DNA from: Eledone cirrhosa
Lineage: Eukaryota
Direction of reading: 5' to 3'
Length of the DNA: 64,000 nucleotides
Assembly: GCA_964016885.1 (NCBI GenBank)
Contig: OZ024746.1
Span: 36,146,001 to 36,210,000, forward strand
Shown: positions 52,999-64,000 of the stretch, piece by piece
How the letters are laid out: every line of letters starts with the position of its first letter
Position numbering within the stretch: the stretch's first letter is position 1
Position numbers and translations under genes: made by a program
Notes under the pieces: model-generated
Seen by the model: only the letters and a program-made list of their open reading frames with translations
Told to the model about the DNA's origin: nothing
Databases searched by the model: none

Positions 52999-54924
52999 GT
53001 AGATTTATATATATATATATATAACGAAGGAAATGTGGTAAGGATCCAGGTGGACCATAACGCACCAAAGTACTCAATACTTAGAGTAGTTGAGTGGGTA
53101 ATAGGAACCAGTAAGACCCCGACGGCTGAGCCCAAGCCATTTCGACAGAATTAGCCGTCGAAACGGCTTGAGCTCAGCCGTCGGGGTCTTACTGGTTCCT
53201 ATATATATATATATATATATTTATTTATATAAATATATACATCTACATACATACATGCATATATATAGATGCATACATTTACGTATGTATATAGCTATGC
53301 ACTTGTATATATACATGCATTTATATTTAAGTGTGTAAGGATGTTGATATGATCTATGTTTTCCTTTTTGGTAAGGAGAAAAAGTTTGTCGCCAGATTTT
53401 ATTACCTATGGATATTAAATACCACACCTCTGGCTGAAAGCTGACCGGGTTTTGAACCTCATCGAAAACACTAGCGCTGGCCTGTGTGTGTACATATGTG
53501 TGTGTATGTATGTGTGTGTGTGTATGTTCACCACCATTGCTTTTTTTGTTGTCATTTCTGTTGAAGTAGTCCTTATTTTCATTATCTTTGATTTCTTTTG
53601 ATTTTCTTTTATCTCCCTAGTGAATTCGTTGACAAGCTTTCTTCATTCAAATGCATTCACACTGGCTGTCTAAGAGATGTACAAGTATGACTTATAAAAC
53701 TTACCAAACTAAAGGGGCTTCTGGGGCCCCCAACGTTTCAAACGCCCCCCTAACGCCCCCTTACTGCATAACGCTACATTACTGCATAACGCCCTCTGGA
53801 GCTACGAAACGCCCCCTAGGGGTTCCCGGTTTAGAATATTTGAAGTAGACGAAAAACATGTATTGGAGGAAGAATGAAAGAAAATAACTCCTGTGCTAAT
53901 AGTGCCAGTGTGTGGAAGTATAGGCAGCATTCAATGCGATACATCAGATGTGTGTAGGAATGAGTGTGTGTGTGTGCGCGTAAAAAATAATATGCGTGTG
54001 TGTGTGTGTGCGAGAAATAGAGCGATAAAGGGAGAGAGATAAAGCGAGATCATGAGAGAACAGTATTCTCTAAACATGGAATTGTCTTGATATTTATAGA
54101 AGATAAGCAAATCATCACGGCACACTTATTGGTGATTATGTCAATATATATATTTAAAGTTCAAAACAAAAATACAGTTTTCAGGTGACAGTAAGTGTGT
54201 GCGGTATATAGAGATTAAAACCACAGTCTGCAATTTATATGACATTAGTTCTGAGTGTATATGAATAGGAAATCTGTTGAGATATTACATATCAAAGGTG
54301 AATATAAAATCAATGGCAGTCTTCTCCAAATAATGGTTTTAGACATAAATTAATAGCACATGATGCAATTCATCATATTCATCTAGATATAAATCTATAA
54401 TTCATTGCCGTATGTTTCAAAACTACCCTTCATTATCCAAATTACAGAAGCAAGATACAATTGAAAAATAAATTTGTTAACGTATTTGTAATTTTTTAAT
54501 GTTGTTTTCTACTGAGAGTAGAGTATTCATTGGAATCTACAGAATGTATATGTCGGTGATTATATGACTCTAGGATATGTATTACGCGTAATGTAATGAT
54601 TACCATTTCATTACTATTGCAAACATGTACTTCATAAATGTATTATACCAAATTTCCCCTATGAATTCAGTCTTATATCAATTTCGATATCTATATAAAA
54701 AAAAAATGTCGTGTCCTTCGTCGGTTCACTCTATATCTTTTTATATCATCTGATATTTCTCTTTCTTTCTCTAGATGAAGGATTACTGTCGAAGGCGTAA
54801 ATAATATTTTCCTACTATATCGAGAGTGGAAATATCATTTGTTCATTGACCCGTTCTGTGCTGTTCGCTTTCCTGTTTCTCTTTACGTTTTGCATATATA
54901 TATATGAGTATATATATATATATT

Positions 54925-55653
54925 TTTGTATGGCTTCTTAACACATTGTTTAGCTCTAGTTTTTAACTATGGAGCACTTTGCCAGTATCATTTCTGATTT
55001 TTGCGTTTCGCTTCGCTTTTCCTGCCCGCGAAAGGCGATTCTAGCTCAATCTTTATTTGTATTAATCTCCCGTGTCTTACAATTAACTTGTTAATAATTT
55101 CTATTGACAGGTTAATTGTATAAGTTTATTTTAAAACCACTCGGTTGAGAATTCATTCGATCTGTGCTATTTATGCTATTTTTTGCATGATTTACACCTA
55201 CTGAATTAATTTGCCAAAATCTGGGGTTATACCCCTTGTGATTTCCACACGTGGGTTAACTTACCACCGTGTCATTCACTTATTTGGTACAGAGTGAAAT
55301 ACCTGTTGATAACGTGATATTCCTTGTTCGATCATTATAAACACAGCATATATTTTTATGTAGACTGTATTGTGATTTAGGAGTCACAGAAACTCTACAT
55401 CGGATTTTAACAGCAATTCCGGGAGTCCAGGTCTGGTTATCATTTATTTTGTTTTGACCTGTTTAGCTTGTTTTGGTTTTTGGTTTGGGTGGTTAATGCC
55501 TTCTTGACCACCTTTTCAGTTTGTATGGCTTATTAACACATTGTTTAGCTCTGGTTTTTAACTATGGAGCACTTTGCCTGTATCACTTCTGATTTTTGCG
55601 TTTCGCTTCGCTTTTCATGCCCACCGAAATGCGATTCTCGCTGAATCCTTATT

Positions 55654-55657
<4 letters not shown>
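54925..55657 (+). repeat. ~595-bp unit with ~138-bp terminal direct repeats; related fragment at ~1455-1560
   Basis: 54925-55062 is repeated at 55520-55657. Flanked by (TA)n. Confidence 0.7.
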
Positions 55658-55698
<41 letters not shown>

Positions 55699-56010
55699 TC
55701 CCAAATCGAGACTTCCCACTAGTAGATAAGTCCTTGTCAGAGTTGTAGGAGTACTCACCACGATTGACCAATTGTTGGTTGGGAGCTGATTTAATCTATA
55801 TATGGGATGGAGGACAGATAAAATTGGGGATTTCATCCGCTGTTCTTATATCCGTAATGTTCTGCCCCCTGGGTTCCACTTACTTTCTGCAGCAGACCAC
55901 TGTATTTCGGGGAATATGGTTTAGTCCCCGGCCGCTCGACAATGAAGAATTTTGTACTGGCTCACAATGTATAAATATATGGTAGGGGCCTCAAATGGCA
56001 CATACATTCT

Positions 56011-56122
<112 letters not shown>

Positions 56123-56263
56123 CAAATATAGTACAATGCAAAAACTAAAGCTAAACACAATTGGTGATATAAAGGGAGAATTACGGTGCTAAATATAATA
56201 TAATATAATATAATATAATATAATTGATATTGATAATAATAATAATATTAAAAGGCCCAATAA

Positions 56264-56354
<91 letters not shown>

Positions 56355-56398
56355 GAAATAAACCAAAGAAGCCTTCAATACATCAAAAGTCTGTATTA

Positions 56399-56436
56399 GC
56401 CAACAATGTTTCGTCCTATTAAGGACTCATCAGGGC
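56399..56436 (-). ncRNA. Minimal type I hammerhead ribozyme
   Basis: GCC-CTGATGA-GTCCT-TAAT-AGGAC-GAAA-CATTGT-T-GGC, with canonical core and a G-C closing pair of stem II. Confidence 0.8.
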
Positions 56437-56828
56437 AAGTAAAGCTATAAGAAGCAATATCGGCCAATACATGCCAAAAACTCAGAAGAATATGGAGTAT
56501 ACATACATTAAAGCAGAGGAAAATGATCAAGTAAAAATGATCAAGTAAAAATTGCTAAGGAAGTGAATAACATTTTGAACCATATTACAAATATAGTACA
56601 ATGCAAAAACTAAAGCTAAACACAATTGGTGATATAAAGGGAGAATTACGGTGCTAAATATAATATAATATAATATAATATAATATAATTGATATTGATA
56701 ATAATAATAATATTAAAAGGCCCAATAAACATACACATACATATACATATGTACATATATACATATACATATATATATCAATACACATATCCAACTATAC
56801 AAACCGAAACTAACACCTATTAAGAGTT

Positions 56829-57045
56829 TAAATAAAAATAAAAATAAAAATAAAAATAAAAATAAAAATAAAAATAAAAATAAAAATAAAAATAAAAATA
56901 AAAATAAAAATAAAAATAAAAATAAAAATAAAAATAAAAATAAAAATAAAAATAAAAATAAAAATAAAAATAAAAATAAAAATAAAAATAAAAATAAAGA
57001 TAAAAATAAAAATAAAAATAAAAATAAAAATAAAAAATAAAAATA
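56829..57045. repeat. (AAAAAT)n hexanucleotide tract
   Basis: Directly visible. Confidence 0.95.
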
Positions 57046-57502
57046 ATACATATATTATTTACAGTATCAAATGATAAAGAAATGAGTAAAAGTAGACATA
57101 TAAAATATAATATACTATATGAATATATAATTAATAATCTCCGGTCAATTTACACAAACAGTATAAATATTACAATAACACTATAATAACAATATTATAA
57201 TATATTGGCATATAACTTAACAAATCATATAAAGTTACACACACGGGGTGAGAAAAAATGATTATACAGAACTAAATTGTGTTGAAAAGATTGTTCTGGA
57301 AAAATATCTATGTTTATTATAAACATACAGAATATTTTCGAATATTCTGTTTGTCTTCACATATATATCGCTATTTCAGAGCATTATATCCAAATTCTAA
57401 TTTCTGCCGGACCGGCTACCGCTCTTTTAAACCAGTTCCTGTACACAGCTAAGTACTCTATAAGTCTCTAGCTGTGTCATTCTCGATAAAAGCACTGGAT
57501 AT

Positions 57503-57545
57503 GTAATCATGATGATTTCTAATAAGAATGAAACGCGTAGGTTAC
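57503..57545 (+). ncRNA. Hammerhead copy 1 (core mutated to ATGATGA, probably inactive)
   Basis: GTAATC-ATGATGA-TTTCTAATAAGAAT-GAAA-CGCGT-A-GGTTAC. Confidence 0.7.
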
Positions 57546-57814
57546 TTCCCTTGCTTTTATCGAGAATCTCAAATTGTAATACGTGACGTATTCTATTCTA
57601 TAGCGATTGGGTCTTCGAAATGTTTATTATAAACATACATAATATTTTCGAATATTCTATGTTTGTCTTCACATATATATCGCTATTTCAGAGCATTATA
57701 TCCAAATTCTAATTTCTGCCGGACCGGCTACCACTCTTTCAAACCAGTTCCTGCACACAGCTAAGTATTCTATAAGTCTCTAGCTGTGTCACTCTCGATA
57801 AAAGCACTGGATAT

Positions 57815-57857
57815 GTAATCCTGATGATTTCTAATAAGAATGAAACGCGTAGGTTAC
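57815..57857 (+). ncRNA. Type I hammerhead copy 2, predicted cleavage after 57851
   Basis: GTAATC-CTGATGA-TTTCTAATAAGAAT-GAAA-CGCGT-A-GGTTAC, with stem I GTAATC/GGTTAC and a GUA triplet. Confidence 0.85.
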
Positions 57858-58126
57858 TTCCCTTGCTTTTATCGAGAATCTCAAATTGTAATACGTGACG
57901 TATTCTATTCTATAGCGATTGGGTCTTCGAAATGTTTATTATAAACATACAGAATATTTTCGAATATTCTATGTTTGTCTTCACATATATATCGCTATTT
58001 CAGAGCATTATATCCAAATTCTAATTTCTGCCGGACCGGCTACCGCTCTTTCAAACCAGTTCCTGTACACAGCTAAGTATTCTATAAGTCTCTAGCTGTG
58101 TCATTCTCGATAAAAGCACTGGATAT

Positions 58127-58169
58127 GTAATCCTGATGATTTCTAATAAGAATGAAACGCGTAGGTTAC
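58127..58169 (+). ncRNA. Type I hammerhead copy 3, predicted cleavage after 58163
   Basis: Identical to copy 2. Confidence 0.85.
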
Positions 58170-58438
58170 TTCCCTTGCTTTTATCGAGAATCTCAAATTG
58201 TAATACGTGACGTATTCTATTCTATAGCGATTGGGTCTTCGAAATGTTTATTATAAACATACAGAATATTTTCGAATATTCTATGTTTGTCTTCACATAT
58301 ATATCGCTATTTCAGAGCATTATATCCAAATTCTAATTTCTGCCGGACCGGCTACCGCTCTTTCAAACCAGTTCCTGTACACAGCTAAGTATTCTATAAG
58401 TCTCTAGCTGTGTCATTCTCGATAAAAGCACGGGATAT

Positions 58439-58481
58439 GTAATCCTGATGATTTCTAATAAGAATGAAACGCGTAGGTTAC
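58439..58481 (+). ncRNA. Type I hammerhead copy 4, predicted cleavage after 58475
   Basis: Identical core. The upstream CGGGA variant extends stem I pairing with TCCC. Confidence 0.85.
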
Positions 58482-58679
58482 TTCCCTTGCTTTTATCGAG
58501 AATCTCAAATTGTAATACGTGACGTATTCTATTCTATAGCGATTGGGTCTTCGAAATGTTTATTATAAACATACAGAATATTTTCGAATATTCTATGTTT
58601 GTCTTCACATATATATCGCTATTTCAGAGCATTATATCCAAAATATATATATATATATTTATATATATATATATATATA

Positions 58680-60560
58680 AATTAATAAAAACGATAAATA
58701 AAAACAGAGAACAAGTTCCTCATATTAAAAAATTCATCATTTTACGATCGTTTCTAGGATATGCATGTGTGTTGGTAGGTATATCATATAGGTCTATGTA
58801 AAAATATTACAAACTATCTTATGTATGCCGTCTTCAGAAATAATGAGATTTGTTTATTGAAATATAATAGATCTGTTTGGGAACAGGTTTTGAATTGACC
58901 AATAGAAAAGTACTAAGAAGTCAAGTTGAAAGAATAGTAGTAGTAGACATTTAATTTAGGTGTAGAGGAATGTAGACTTATGTTTTGAATGAAAATAATA
59001 CTTTGGGGATGAAAAGAGGTAAAGCCAGTGAAGGGTGCATGATAACTTGATGTTATTAAAGAATAATGTTAAAAACGAAGGAGATTAAAATTTTAGGGTA
59101 AAAGTATTAGGGAGAAAAACAATCTTATTTAAAACACAAGGAACTTAGATCTATAACAAGAAATTAAATTAATTGATAGATATACTTATAGGGATAAATT
59201 AATATTAATTCATATGAATGTGATAAATAAGAATTAGATGTTATTAAAGAATGTTGTTAAAAACGAAGGAAAATAAAATTTTGGGATAAGTGTAATAGTG
59301 AGAAATACCAATCTTATATAGACTACAAGGAATCTAGATACATAACATGAAATTAAATTAATTTATATGTATACTTTTAGGTATTAATTTTAGGAAAAGA
59401 TAACTGTAAGACGGAAATAAAATTATGAAGTTCTCTGTAGTAGAGTACTGATTATAGGTTAACTAAATAAAAACAAAATAATTATAATAATATGTAAAAT
59501 ATAAGTGTAAGGTGTATATTAATTAGGTTTATATTTGAAAGTTCTTCTAATTCTATGATTACAAGATATACTTAATTCTTGTCGCTTATTTAATAGGTTA
59601 TCCTTAGATTTCATTATTTCAAAAAGTTCCTGGGGGCATAATCTACACTCATATCTGTTATTTTGATAAGGGGTGGCCCTTTTGAGCTTACTCCAGGCCA
59701 GGTTGTAATCGATATTCTTTTTTCTATAATTATTACTTGTTTCAGCTAAGCATGTTGTATTAGCTAATGAGGCATTTTTAAAACTATGTTTGTGGGTATT
59801 AAATCTTACTTTAAATTGGTTAGACGTAGCTCCTATATATATGAATAAGTTAAGTCCTTAATGCTAGTTTTACATTTATATACTATGTTATTAATGAGAC
59901 ACTTTCCCTTTAATGGGCAATTTCTTTTGTTTCTACAGTTACAACCATTCGTGAATATTATATCAGGGGAGTTAGTCAAATTTGGTGTGGAATTTACTCG
60001 ACTTGTTATATGTGAAGGAGATGGTGGTTTATTTTAGTATCATGGTTGTTTCGATGTGTTGGTGGTATATTCGTGTTTTTTTTACATTTATATGCGTTGT
60101 ACGCACTTATATTTTGTCCTATATTTTTGGTAATGGAGTAGGACAATTTGACAGATGATCTATTTAAAATGTGATAGTATTTATGGTTTGGCGGGAACTT
60201 TTTCTCTAGGACAGTAAAACATTTTTTAGGGATATTAGCTTTAATTTGTAGAATAATAAATGGAGCATTATACCAAGTAACTCGTCTATTACGGTTTCGA
60301 TGTGTTTTTTTCATATTTATACGATGTATCAGGATGTTTAATAAGAGAGTCAGTATTAGTGAATTTATTATATATAGGTTTAGTTAGATTAACTGATTTA
60401 GGTGTTTTAGTCTGATTATTAGCGTTTTTGTTAGTAATGTTATTAACGTATATTGGAATATTAGGATGAATGGTTTTTTGAAAGTTATTATATTTTATGT
60501 GAGAAGAGGTAGAGAAATTAAATTTAAAATATATAAATAAAGGCTCTTGCCATCCTCCTA
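58680..60560 (-). mobile_element. Penelope-like element 3' portion (linker, GIY-YIG, 3' UTR; possibly Nematis-like)
   Basis: RRVTWYNAPF, KFPPNHKY..ILNRSSVKLSYS, CNCRNKRNCPLKGKCL..NIVY, YIGAT..FK.RF..H, C.LC..E, LLNKRQE...C.H (~59560-60330). The UTR has a ~188-bp tandem duplication (59047-59395). Confidence 0.85.
58734..58846 (-). ncRNA. Type I hammerhead with ~75-nt expanded stem II region
   Basis: TCATTATTT-CTGAAGA-(long insert)-GAAA-CGATCGT-A-AAATGATGA. It has a 9-bp stem I, palindromic stem III ACGATCGT and a GUA triplet. Confidence 0.7.
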
Positions 60561-61441
60561 TAGTTTTTAAAAACCTTATCCCTAATATTAGCCGTAGGAT
60601 CTCCACCCTCTCTTCTTCAGAAGCTATTTTCAATAAGGCATCCAACTACTATAATAAAGCCCCTCAAAATAGAGTATTTAGCGAACCGATTAAGTACATA
60701 CCCAACAACACTAACTCCTTTAATAAAAATAATCTGCTTCACCCCCCCCCCTACTTATTAGCAGTTAAAACTAATGTAGGCAAAAAATTACTAGAGCTCT
60801 TAGATAAACATTTCCCTAGAACACTATAAGATCTTCATTAGAAACTGTGTCAAAATTAGCTACTCCTGCGGTCCCCCTATTAAATCTTATATCCTCAATA
60901 AGAAAACACCCAGAGAACATCAACGTTGCTCTTGTAGAGTCAATAGTGAATGCCCATTACAAGGTAAATGCAACACAAAAGCCATTGTATATGCGGTTAA
61001 AGTGACAACCATCAGCCACAACCTACCAGCCACCAGCGAACGATATGTGGGTATGACACAAGACAAATTCAAAACGCCTTATTACACTGTTGTCGCATCT
61101 TTCCGACATCCTGAAAAAAGATTTACAACAGCTCTGTTTAGCAGAATATGGGATTTGAAAGACCAAGGAATCCAATATGAATTGGATTGGTCAATTTTGA
61201 ACCATCTAAAGAATATGCGAGAGGAACAATAGTGAAAAATATTGGATTTTACAGAACCTTAACTCACCAGAAACCTGCCTAAATGCAAAAACAGAAATGT
61301 TCACCAGTTGCCCACACATGGAATCACACTTGCTTTCCAGCTCATATACACTTAGCTCACTTTCAGATACTTATCCCCCATAAACTCTTGTTCTTCACTT
61401 TCCTTAAATTATCCTCTTTACAGACTTTTCTTTCTGATTTA

Positions 61442-61585
61442 CTTTTATTTTTATTTTTATTTTTATTTTTATTTTTATTTTTATTTTTATTTTTATTTTT
61501 ATTTTTATTTTTATTTTTATTTTTATTTTTATTTTTATTTTTATTTTTATTTTTATTTTTATTTTTATTTTTATTTTTATTTTTA

Positions 61586-61616
<31 letters not shown>

Positions 61617-61716
61617 TTTATTTTTATTTTTATTTTTATTTTTATTTTTATTTTTATTTTTATTTTTATTTTTATTTTTATTTTTATTTTTATTTTTATT
61701 TTTATTTTTATTTTTA
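61442..61716. repeat. (TTTTTA)n hexanucleotide tract
   Basis: Directly visible, with one phase slip near 61615. Confidence 0.95.
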
Positions 61717-62227
61717 CTTCACATCCAGCAGTTGACCCACCCTACTTTTTATTCACTTCCCTAATATCTTCACAATTCAACATTTTACTTCCCCATTTTC
61801 TTTCACTACCTGATATCAATGTCACTTGCGTTTTCAACTCCAGATATATTCTGTTGTTTCGCAGCCGCTTTTATATTTGTACTCATTTATTCATACTGCT
61901 GGTTTATAATTTGTATCTATGCGTGCGAGTGTGCATGTGTGTGTATGCGTTCTGTATATGTATACGAACACCTCCGTATATGTGCGTGTGTGTATATATA
62001 TATGTCAGTATGTGTGTTTTTATATCTGTTTTTTACATACTTGTGTGTGTATGGGTGAATGTATGTGTATATGTATGTATGTATATATATATATATATGT
62101 GTGTGTGTATGTATGTATGTATATATATAGTCGTGTGATTATATATACATGTGCCGATATATATATATATGTGCTTCGTGTGTATGTATGCGCGCCTCTG
62201 TATTATGTATGTGCTTTTGTCTGTACG

Positions 62228-62310
<83 letters not shown>

Positions 62311-62883
62311 CTATATATATATATAAATATATTCATATATATATGTGTGTACGTACGATCCTATGTTTGTTTTCTTTTTTTCTAGTGTTAATTTATAATT
62401 GTTAACCCCTCCCACTTACTTTCTCTTTGATTAAAAGATGTTTTTCATTCTCATATATTGTTTCATTTTTATACATGTATCGAGCCTGAGTGACACTCCT
62501 TTTTTTTATATGCGTGCTTTCATACTTGTATGTGTATATATGTCATTCCTTAATACCTGAATCTGGATGTATGTTAACTATATTATCTTACAATTTCTTT
62601 TTCAACTTATATTATATACGTATTTGTGGTCACACATACACTGATATACTTGCCCTCATATATGTATATACGCACACATACTCACTATACACATGCATTT
62701 GTACATACACATATATGTACATTTGTGAGTGAATATACACACATTTATACACATACCCTAACTGTATTTCCTTATTTTCTTTATATATCTCTTGCATTAC
62801 TTTTATTTATATATTTTTTTGCCCTTTAAACTTTTGACTTTTTGAGGAGATTTTTCAAATATTTCACTATGTTTTAAATTGTC

Positions 62884-62956
62884 TTGTCCGATGAACGAAT
62901 GAGGTCGTTTTTTGTATTCGTCTTATTCGGGAAACCTCTGGTCATGAGGTAATTAT
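62884..62956 (+). ncRNA. Degenerate hammerhead at PLE 3' end (CCGATGA)
   Basis: CCGATGA, stem II CGAATGAG/CTTATTCG, GAAA, stem III ACCTC/GAGGT with a 7-nt loop, GUA triplet. Stem I is eroded. Confidence 0.55.
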
Positions 62957-62970
62957 ATTGTATTGTTTAT

Positions 62971-63040
<70 letters not shown>

Positions 63041-63049
63041 TGTGTGTAT

Positions 63050-63087
<38 letters not shown>

Positions 63088-63136
63088 GTTTGTATGTCTG
63101 ATGTCTGCCTGCCTGCGTGCTTGTGATTTGTGGGTG

Positions 63137-63208
<72 letters not shown>

Positions 63209-63852
63209 ATATATCAACACTGGCTAGAACTGGTCATTCCGTATAGTCAACCTTGTTATAATATTAGGGATAGCATTCGACGTAATGCAACTCACGCGTC
63301 CTCGTTCGTGTTGTTGGTGGTGCGAATATGGAGTTAATTATTATAAGATAACAGGAGGCTGGACTGGTGTAATTCCTTGAAGGTTTATTATACTATGAAC
63401 ATTTCAATGACCGCGTTCAGTATGAATCCGATGACATTATCAGGTATTCCGAAATTTATCCAACAAAGGTATATAATAGACACAATTCAAGGGACTGAAA
63501 AACAGAGCGAGATATCTAAGACGAGAAGGCGGCCAAACATTGCAGTTGCTAGTCCGGGTTGCTGCCCTCAAGTGAGGAATCTACTTAGTCTTGTCTTGTC
63601 GGTCTGGTCAGGGGCCGTAGGTTTATAGTGTATAGTACTACTACCACCCCGTTATGGACAGATGCGAGCGGTGAGATCAGCTTACATACAAGTTAGTCAG
63701 TAGTGCTAATATGTACTAAGGAATATAATTTTTAAAAATACATATATAGTGGACGACTTTACAGTAGGTTCTTTAATGTAGTGTCAGACACAGCTTGTTG
63801 CATTCTTTTTAATTTCACAAATAAATGATAATTGGAATATGTACATGTGTAC

Positions 63853-63907
<55 letters not shown>

Positions 63908-64000
63908 TTGCAAATAAATAAATAAATAAAAATGGCGTGAACAATACGCGGCAATAGGAGGGAACATGATAATAGTATCACTGATGATGTTGCAGATGTG

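Larger units (their letters stand above)
56350..57310 (-). mobile_element. PLE 3' UTR/pseudo-LTR fragment with hammerhead and internal (TTTTTA)n
   Basis: Hammerhead ~50 nt before the 3' end at (TA)n. 56586-56735 is duplicated at ~56120-56268. (AAAAAT)n at 56829-57045. Confidence 0.6.
57311..58642 (+). mobile_element. Tandem array of a 312-bp hammerhead-containing non-coding unit (non-LTR retrozyme-like), 4.3 copies
   Basis: Units start at 57311, 57621, 57933, 58245 and 58557 (310, 312, 312, 312 and 86 bp) and differ by only a few substitutions. One hammerhead per full unit. The 3' end abuts (TA)n. Confidence 0.85.
60561..62965 (+). mobile_element. A different Penelope-like element 3' portion of the same broad clade
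   Basis: RRISTLSSS..IF, KTNVGKKLL..LDKHFP, VKISYSC, CSCR....CPLQGKC....IVY, RYVGMTQDKFK, IWDLK..G.QY.LDWSIL, then a long microsatellite-rich 3' UTR. Confidence 0.8.

Noticed and set aside
57311-58642. CRISPR array or coding repeat
   Set aside because: The whole 312-bp units are repeated with no unique spacers, there are no cas genes, the context is eukaryotic and there is no meaningful ORF.

Overview
AT-rich eukaryotic (animal) intergenic or intronic DNA, dense in (TA)n/(CA)n/(GA)n microsatellites. Its tRNA-derived SINEs resemble those of Octopus, so a cephalopod origin is likely but inferred. No host gene can be confidently called. The window is a mosaic of transposons: a near-intact full-length L1/Tx1-clade LINE with a 22-bp TSD (12765-18591, minus) and a truncated relative, two Chapaev3 DNA transposons, a nested hAT element, RTE and R4/Dong fragments, SINEs, and many Penelope-like element (PLE) remnants. 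The main hidden layer is RNA-structural. By eye I find about 18 intact or degenerate type I hammerhead ribozyme (HHR) motifs. Four of them lie in a very young 4.3-copy tandem array of a highly structured non-coding 312-bp unit (57311-58642), which looks like a retrozyme or circular-RNA precursor. A second, sequence-unrelated family with the same unusual HHR architecture lies at 20290-21270. These units and the PLEs repeatedly occur as head-to-head composites whose outward-facing 3' ends abut (TA)n. All calls are by manual reading, and element boundaries are approximate unless a TSD or TIR is quoted.
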